A DNA stretch of 64,000 nucleotides from NCBI GenBank assembly GCA_963921275.4, contig OZ001293.3, positions 2,880,001-2,944,000 on the forward strand, in the 5' to 3' direction. Shown piece after piece: positions 56,826-64,000 of the stretch (the stretch's first letter is position 1; each line of letters begins with the position of its first letter). The notes under the pieces were generated by a model that saw only the letters and a program-made list of their open reading frames with translations, was not told where the DNA came from and did not search any database. Source of the DNA: an uncultured Hormoscilla sp. (lineage in GTDB: Bacteria > Cyanobacteriota > Cyanobacteriia > Cyanobacteriales > Desertifilaceae). A program made the translations under genes and the position numbers.

Positions 56826-59739
56826 TTAGAACACTTCCAGATCGAAAGGGACGAAACTTCCATTCAACTCGTCTGGTGCCACCCGGTTAACCATGCCTAA
56901 AATCAGATTGGAGTCGGCAATTGTGATCATAGTATTGGTGCCCAATGATTCTAGAATTATATCATCTGAAGTTAATCCACCCGTTAGCCCGATCGCATCT
57001 TCTGCCACCTGAAAGTCCACGAGGACATCAACTTGCGATCTGTTAACCACTGCTGCCTCAGGGGACAGGACGAAAATATCACTGCCCGGACCGCCCAGGA
57101 GAATATCTTGACCAGATCCGCCATTGATAGTATCGTCTCCTGCACCGCCCTGGATGAAGTCATTTCCTCGACCTCCAAGGAGTTCGTCATCGCCCATACC
57201 GCCAGTCAGGCTGTCGGCACCGGGACCAGCAAAGATAATATCATCCCCTGACATGCTATCGATCGTATCGTCCCCGCCAAAGGAGATAATTAGATCGTTC
57301 TCAGGGGTGCCCATCAGCATATCGTCCCCTGGGTTCCCTCGGATCAGATTTACAAACTCCGGTGGCGGTTTTACATCACCACCGGAAATGAAGAATTGGG
57401 CCTCTTCCCAAACCGCCTCGCCCACGTTGCGCCCGAGGATTAATCCCTCTTCGTTCCCAGCAAAATTATGAATCCCACCATAGAGGCAAGAGATCCCCGA
57501 CGATGTTGCTGCATCGGAAAAGGTATCCCAACTCAGAGTCACCGGTTCGGCGGGCGTGATTCCCGGTTCAAACAAAGACTCTCCAGCAGGTGCCGTCACC
57601 GAAGCCCCAAATTGATCGCTACCTGTAAACCGCTGGAGAACTTCCGCCGCAGCGCTGCTGAAGGCACTGTGTCCCGATACATATTCAGCCAAGGGAGGAG
57701 TGGGACTTTCCAAGCGCTGGTAAGGGATAAATTCCGATCCATCTAGTTCGACAGTGCCCTGTCCCGGACCGCCCCAAGCTTCGATAGTTTGACCGCCAAA
57801 CAGAGCCTCGATCGCCGTGATCGGACGCACGTAATCATAGAATACTTTTGCTTCCCAGGCCACAATCCCCGCATCCATGACAGCGTTACCCAACATGAAG
57901 AACATCTTGGCGTCTTCATCCAGGGTGTTATCGTCCCGTTCGGAAACGAACTGGCCAAAACCCATCCAGGTACCGGGAGGAAAGGATGATCCCGGTCCAT
58001 CTTCCCAGAACTCCGCAACAATTTTGCGCTCGTCGTTGAGGTTGGCGCTGATCTCGATAACTTCCTCATGCAGCGTCAGGAACTCCTCGCTGCCAAACTC
58101 CGGCGGTGCTGGGGGTCGGAATTGGTCCCCTGATTCTAGTCCAAAGGGAATCACTTCGCCCCACTGAGGGGTGAGGAACTGTTGGACTGTGCCATCTGGG
58201 TCGCGCAAAGGTTGCAGCAGGGGTTGCCAGCGGTTCGGATCGACGATCTCCTCTCCCTGGGGAGGATTTACTGGCTCGTAACCCGTATAGTCGGAGTAGG
58301 GCAGACCATCATTTGGATGGGGTCGAGCCGGGAATCGCTTCCCGACCCTCCCTTGAGGAACCGGACTTGCGATTTTCACCGCATCCGGCTACTGGGTACT
58401 AGGCCCTTTTCATAGGTAGACTTAATAGGAATTACTTCCGTTAGCCCTTGCCGCCTGTCTTTTCTTCCCTTTCCTGGTTTAGCGAGTGGTTGTTCTGATA
58501 ACCGTTAGTATCACCATTTTCAAGTCAGTTTTACCAGTTATCCATACCTTATCCTCCACTTGCGTTTCGGATTAGTTCCGTGGCTTTTTAGGATTACTCA
58601 TTCCAGCAGCTTCCTAGTATCACCGACCCACGTCAGCACTGGCTACCCAGCATCATCTACATTACTGTAGATGTTATCCCAGGAATTACCCCGGGCATTC
58701 GCTTCTTGGGCCATCCCTCCCCCCGTGGCTTGCGCTTAACATCTAACTTGTCCTGATGGACAGCACACGAGAGGTTACTTCGTTCCCTAACAACATTTCG
58801 CGATACCTTTAGGTCCACACTATACCCCGGGAGCTATTTGAGTACTATATTAGCCAGAGTCTAAAACTAATACTAGCTACCATTTCCTTTTTAGGCCAGC
58901 GCATATAGCCTTATTTCGCTGGTTCCTTATAACGAGGCTTGCACATGTTTGCCTGCTCTAACCTTGGATATCTTTCCTAGCGGCGTCACCGGCTTAGGCT
59001 GCCAGTTATCCTACATTTGAGTCCTCGCTTAGCACCACGATGATGTCGCTTCGTAGCACCGAGGACCGGTGTCACCCCCGTACCTGGGGGGAGGGGAATT
59101 TAACCCCCATGCGGTCAGAGTTCCCGGCTAATGAAACCGGGCTAGCGTTCCGTGTTTGACCACGTTAGGCTAGAACGAATCGCACAGATCCCCTAACTGG
59201 TTGGAACCGTCGTTGCGGCGAAAGTCGAGTAATGCCTGGGCCGAGACATTGCCAATGCCTGCGGGGGTAGAGTTGTTGTCTGGGTCTAGGCCCAGTTGTT
59301 CCATGAGGCTATCGAACAAATCTACCTCTGTGGGAAACAGGTCTTCCAGCACCCGATAGGCCGCATAACTCATGGCCTCGGTTTTGTTTTCCAGGGTATT
59401 TTCCTCGGCGGGCCGTTGCAGGTCGTCACCCAACTGGGTGCCGATGGCCTCTGGGTCGTATGCTGCCCAGGCATCGAAGATCGCCGTATGCACCATCCCG
59501 TAGGCGCGGGAGGCGATCGTCGGTCCTACACCTAAATTGCGGACTGCTTGCTGTGCCGCCTCATCCCACAAAACCGAGGGCGTTATCTCTTCGGTCGCAT
59601 CAGTCAGGGTCCTGTCGGGGTTGAGCCAAAAAATCCCTATGGGTTCCCCGTCCACTTCGCCGAAGGAGACGGGACTGATACCAACACCGTTTATCCATCC
59701 TAGGCCGTCATTGGTGAGTTCTATTTCGATCGGATCCAT
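56826..59739 (-). CDS. Vanadium haloperoxidase-like/PAP2 protein with RTX Ca-binding repeats, interrupted by a group II intron; may be a pseudogene
   Basis: GPTIASRA, DGSNQLG | YSDYTGY, K..YDYVRP, EYVSGHS, YGGIH; GGxGxD repeats. Confidence 0.8.
58317..59185 (-). mobile_element. ORF-less group II intron (about 869 nt)
   Basis: 5' GTGCGATTCG; domain V AGCCGGATGCGGTGAAAATCGCAAGTCCGGTT; domain VI with bulged A 7 nt from the ..CCCCAT end; no RT ORF. Confidence 0.92.
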
Positions 59740-59800
59740 AATTTTCTGCTTGCGAATTTTTCATTGAGAATTGTTAATTGCCATTAGGGTAGTTTGGCCG

Positions 59801-60859
59801 TTAGCCATTACCTCCAATGGTCAATATGCGGCGAATTTCATCAGTTTTGAAGCCGATCGCCATTGGCCGACGCACCCCTGGCAAGATTGCCACGTCATAC
59901 AATTCCTCTACTACACCTTCTATCCGCAACCAATGTACGATATCCCCTGTGCGCAGGTCAATAACTAACAGTCCGCAGCGGGGTTCGGCATCTCTAGTGG
60001 AGAGGTTTTCATCTAAAGGCAGGCTCGAAAATGTCTTGTTATTTCTCGGTTTAGATATGCCCACCACTGCAAAGTTACGGCTAAAGGCACAGCCCCGCAA
60101 GTATCCCGGACAGAATGTCACCGCTTCAAAGGTTAAACTCTTCAGGTCTGCATAACCAAAGAAACCCGTACCCGAGTTTAACAGCCACAGTTTCTTCTGA
60201 TGCCAGCGGGGCGAGTGGGGCATGGAAAGCCCGGTAACGATCGCCTCATTGCTGCTGACATCTATGACGCATCCCCCGGAAACCCTGCGATCGCGCCACC
60301 CATCAGCTACATCACTTTGACTGACAGCAGTAACGTATTTTGCCTGACCATTTTGCATAGCTAAGCCATTCAGGTGACATCTATCTTCAGCAGCAAGTCG
60401 GGAAATAAAAGGTGGTTGCCAGAGGGGAATAAAACTATGCTCTTCACTTACGGTCGCCAGACAGCCAAATAATGTATTGACAAATATAATCTTTCCTGTT
60501 TTATCTACAGCCACATCATGAACATCCAAGTCCCCAGTAATGTAACCGACTTGGGGCACGAGCAAGCAGTCATAACCATTATGAACCTGTCCGGGTTGCA
60601 GTGCATTTTGAAATCGCCACAGTTGATACAGTACGCTCATGTAAAGCCTGGAACTATCTGCTCACAAGCCCATACATCGCTCGAAAGTGCGTTCAAATAC
60701 TGATAGTCGCCCGTCTGGTTGCAAACCGATCAGAAACAGTTTACCTGCTTGATAGGTGGTGAAGGCCAGACTGATGTTTTGCTCCCCTAACCAGGCGGTA
60801 AACTGGCGGGAACAGTTAATTTCTAGGGATGGAATTGAGGTTGGTTGTGGTTGTGTCAC
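59801..60859 (-). pseudogene. TIGR03032 family protein, frameshift near 60660
   Basis: SLAFTTYQAGKL, FERCMGL, EDRCHLNGLA, MPHSPRW. Confidence 0.85.
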
Positions 60860-60987
60860 TTCAGTTGGTTTGCGTTCTACTAAGGATTATTATAACACAA
60901 ATGTGCGCGGATTCGCTGTTAGCCCGCTGGGGATTCTCAACTTTGAACGGTATATTGTATAATGGAGATGTCGTTGTTTCTGAATGC

Positions 60988-61275
60988 ATGACTATTGCAT
61001 GCGCTGCGCGCACGCTGCACGATCGAGTCGGCGAACAATATCAAATCACGATTCCCGATCACGCAGCGCGGCGCAGCCGTGGATGTGCGAGAATGGGGCT
61101 AAAAACAGGTGATTCCCTGGATGTGAAAGTCATCGATGGGGCTCTGGTTATGGTACCGTTTTCGGTAAAACCCCTAAGTCATACGGAGCGAATTTTTGGA
61201 AAGCATCGTGGGTTGTGGTCTGGAGAGGATGCAGTGGCTTATATTCGTAAAGAACGGGAATCATGGCGAGACTAG
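60988..61275 (+). CDS. AbrB/MazE-like antitoxin carrying two micro-insertions
   Basis: YQITIP..GLKTGD; YIRKERESW. Confidence 0.7.
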   Translation: MTIACAARTLHDRVGEQYQITIPDHAARRSRGCARMGLKTGDSLDVKVIDGALVMVPFSVKPLSHTERIFGKHRGLWSGEDAVAYIRKERESWRD

Positions 61276-61640
61276 AAGAACTCGAAGTGATAGAATTGCC
61301 TTGGATAGCTTCATCTTTATTTACGGTTTTTAAGGTAACCCACAATTTGGAGAACGAGCTAAAAAGATTTTTTCCCAAGATTGAGCAGGGACAATGTCTT
61401 GGCTTCCCTTGCGATCTTGTTCTGGCTGAATTGATAGTCAAACCATTGCGAGAAGGACGATTGGAGATTGCCGTTCGCGCAGCGCGGCGCAGCCGTAGGA
61501 TACGCTCGCGATTTGACAAGTTTTCCGAACTTGAACTTTGTCTGCCTAACCCAGGCAATTGTTATTGCTGCCGCCGGTTTAAGAGGAAGATGCTTCTTTG
61601 CATCTTCCTGATGTCGGTTTGGATATTTGGATGTTGACAG
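61263..61640 (+). pseudogene. PIN-domain toxin, decayed; frameshifted by a 22-nt insertion
   Basis: LAELIVKPLREG; removing 61474-61495 gives EIAVGYARDLTSFPNL. Confidence 0.65.
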
Positions 61641-62117
61641 ATATTGAAGACTAAAATCAACTCAGAGATTTGATGCGAAAATATGTCGGATCAGAAACCA
61701 GGTTTATTCGAGAAATATGGTTTATAAATCTGCGGTTGATTTATCCAGAATATGAGTGCGATCGCCATTATCGCGTCTCAATCCTATATTTTTCTAGGTA
61801 ACAATTTTATCAGATAACAAACTGATAAAATTCAGATTTTAATCTCGAGCATAAAAAGATATCAAAATCCTTGACAATTACAATTTAAACTATCTATATT
61901 TAAAATGGCAATTCTAAAAATGAGAAAACTCCAATGCCCGAGACAAAACGATCAAATAACCGCCCCCATTCGGGGGCTGCTCCTAACTGAAAATCGCCGG
62001 TTGATTGCTGGCCGGAGATCGGGTATTGGAGACTCTTTTTTCTAACCGGTTGGCTAAGCGGTCAAAAAATTATGGCGCACAGAGATCCAGGCGATCGGGT
62101 TGGATATTTGCTGATTT

Positions 62118-62154
62118 AAAAAGCCCGGTTTCTCCTGCGAAACCGGGCTTTTTC
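62118..62154. terminator. Bidirectional intrinsic terminator-like hairpin
   Basis: AAAAAGCCCGGTTTC-TCCTGC-GAAACCGGGCTTTTT. Confidence 0.7.
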
Positions 62155-62734
62155 CTATGGAACTTCGATATAGTATAAGGTAACCCATAATTGGGCGATC
62201 GCCCTAAAAAGATCTACTGATTCACGAGCACTCTGCGCCCGCGAGACCAGCTAAGAAAGCCAGTTTTTTGTCAAAACTGGCTTTCTGGGGTACTGGGGAG
62301 ATACCCTCAATACTTCTCGGTTAAGCAATAAATTCGGAGTGGGGAGTGGCTTACAGGGGTATGTTTTTTAGATTTCGGTCAATACTTCAAGGTTTTGCAT
62401 TTTATTTGTCATTGCGAGGGGGGGGAGGTTGATTGTCACTACCCTTTGGCCCAGATCCCATCCAGTTTGTAACTTGAGGTAATTTTCTGCGAAAAAGTTG
62501 AGCTTTGGACCGATACCTCTGTAGAAGGAGCTCACGGGGTCTTGTTGGAACCGGTTGCTTCCCTGAGGTTGAGTTCAAATATTTCGTGGAGATTTTCTAT
62601 GTCAGGCAAATACGTGAAAAAGCTGGCGATCGGAGCGGACTGGAACCGGAAGTTGAAGATGGGTGCAGCTCATTTGTAGTTGCATTAGTAGAGCAATTTT
62701 AGACTCTGGTCGGTATTTGTGCCTACCGGCTTAT

Positions 62735-63991
62735 TCATCGGGGAAAAGTTGGCAAGTCAATTGCGGCCAGGGACTTAATCTTCTTGTGGGGACGGAGGGG
62801 ATAAACTAGAGGAGAGGGGGACTTTGTAGAGGAAAGCAGGGACAACGTCTCGGCATCCACCGTGCCGGAAAAATCGGAACCCCCCTCTGAGGCTTGCTCT
62901 TCGCTTTGGTGGCTTTCTTGCTGCTCAAAGATAGATGCAACGTCGGAAAGTGAGTCCTCTGGAGTTTGCTCATTCCCTATGCTTGAAGAGTTATCTACTG
63001 CTGCTACTGTCTCATCAGTCAAGTCCTCACCAACTTCAGAATACTCATCCTCTAATTGTTCCGAGACCGAAGCCATTACCGATAACTCATTTTCAGGGGA
63101 AGCGAGTTCCTCTGAGACTGCGGACTCTGATACCCCAAGGGTTTCTCTGGGTCGATCCTGCTGTGAGACGGGGGCGCGAACGCTGCGCGAAAAATCGACA
63201 GTAGGAGTATCGGCAGATATCTGCCAGTAGTCAGGCTCACCCCAAGCCTGCCCAGGTACTGCATCCGACTCTTCTGGATCGAGATATAATTCAAGTTCTG
63301 CTAATTCAGATGCTGCTGACCAGGGTTGAATTGCTGGCGCTTTCGGGACAACTCCCTGTACGATCGCTCTGGTATCTGTTTCCTGTTGAGTGCTCCGACC
63401 CACCGTTCCGGAAAAATTAGCCGGTTGTTCCGGACCCGTCATCTCCAGGCATTTGTCCAGGGCATTTTTGAATTGCAGGGTGTAGCGTTGCTGCCGGTAC
63501 AGACGCGATCGCAAATCCCGGCAAATCGTTTCCGCTTGGGAAAGCTTAGTTGTCTGTTCCTCGTAGCGTTGCTGAGTAAGAGCACAATCTCGTTCCAACT
63601 GGGCCACTTGTTGTTGGTTAGTTTCCAACTGCCCGCGGAGTGTTTCTATGAGAATTTGTTGGCGAACCGTTCCGGAAAAATCGGAAGTTTGCTGGCCAAG
63701 TTCCTTTTCCTGCTGCACCTGAGAGTGCTGTTTTTTCAAGCTATGCAGTTCTGCGGACTGCTCGGAGAGTTTGGCCTCTTGAGCTTGACAATGCTCCTGA
63801 TATAGCTGCAATTGCCTTTGAGCAACTGCCAGTTCTGATTCTAACTGCATTACCCGATCGATCAAATCCGTGTTTGACTCTACCCGTACTTCTGCCGATG
63901 TCTGGTCGGTGTCTCCGGAGTAGTGCGAGTAGCGCTCTCCGGAGACACCGAAGATGTCTACCGTTCCGGAAAAATCGGGGTTTTCGCGCAC
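62735..63991 (-). CDS. Cyanobacterial coiled-coil protein carrying six in-frame micro-insertions; 5' end may lie outside the window
   Basis: RQQILIETL, LERDCA, LRSRL.RQQR.TLQFK.AL.KCL; C-terminal SPSP..YP.RP.K..KSLAAIDLP.F. Confidence 0.8.
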   Translation of the reverse strand: MRENPDFSGTVDIFGVSGERYSHYSGDTDQTSAEVRVESNTDLIDRVMQLESELAVAQRQLQLYQEHCQAQEAKLSEQSAELHSLKKQHSQVQQEKELGQQTSDFSGTVRQQILIETLRGQLETNQQQVAQLERDCALTQQRYEEQTTKLSQAETICRDLRSRLYRQQRYTLQFKNALDKCLEMTGPEQPANFSGTVGRSTQQETDTRAIVQGVVPKAPAIQPWSAASELAELELYLDPEESDAVPGQAWGEPDYWQISADTPTVDFSRSVRAPVSQQDRPRETLGVSESAVSEELASPENELSVMASVSEQLEDEYSEVGEDLTDETVAAVDNSSSIGNEQTPEDSLSDVASIFEQQESHQSEEQASEGGSDFSGTVDAETLSLLSSTKSPSPLVYPLRPHKKIKSLAAIDLPTFPR

Positions 63992-64000
63992 ATCGCGCAG

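Noticed and set aside
58317..58379. N-terminus of ORF 56826..58379 (MKIASPVP..)
   Set aside because: Translated intron domains V-VI, not protein.

Overview
Cyanobacterial chromosomal DNA (abundant HIP1 GCGATCGC, filamentous-type 7-mer repeats) with many pseudogenes. The pseudogene load suggests a genome under relaxed selection, such as a host-associated Oscillatoriales strain (inference). Bases 0.6-14.1 kb hold a large Ter-type stress cluster: about 8 divergent TerD-like domains, TerB, TerD-vWA and TerD-TerA fusions, PRTase, StiP-like, HAD and a decayed M48-TerB gene. It is followed by a broken cyanobacteriochrome histidine kinase, toxin-antitoxin patches, thiC with a TPP riboswitch, a peroxiredoxin, queE/queC, clpR/clpP, hemW, cruA, several Uma2 genes, two decayed IS copies, two MITEs, and an ORF-less group II intron in a haloperoxidase-like gene. 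The most unusual signal is a set of 12-50 nt micro-insertions. (1) An ATTTTTC-[variable core] family of at least 14 copies sits mostly at CG^T targets and is mostly in-frame inside genes, with 5 copies in one ORF. (2) A hairpin family has a conserved GCGCTAYTCGCACT loop and different, self-complementary stems. (3) SDR-like GCA-triloop elements use the same target. All family and domain calls come from motif recognition by eye, not database searches.
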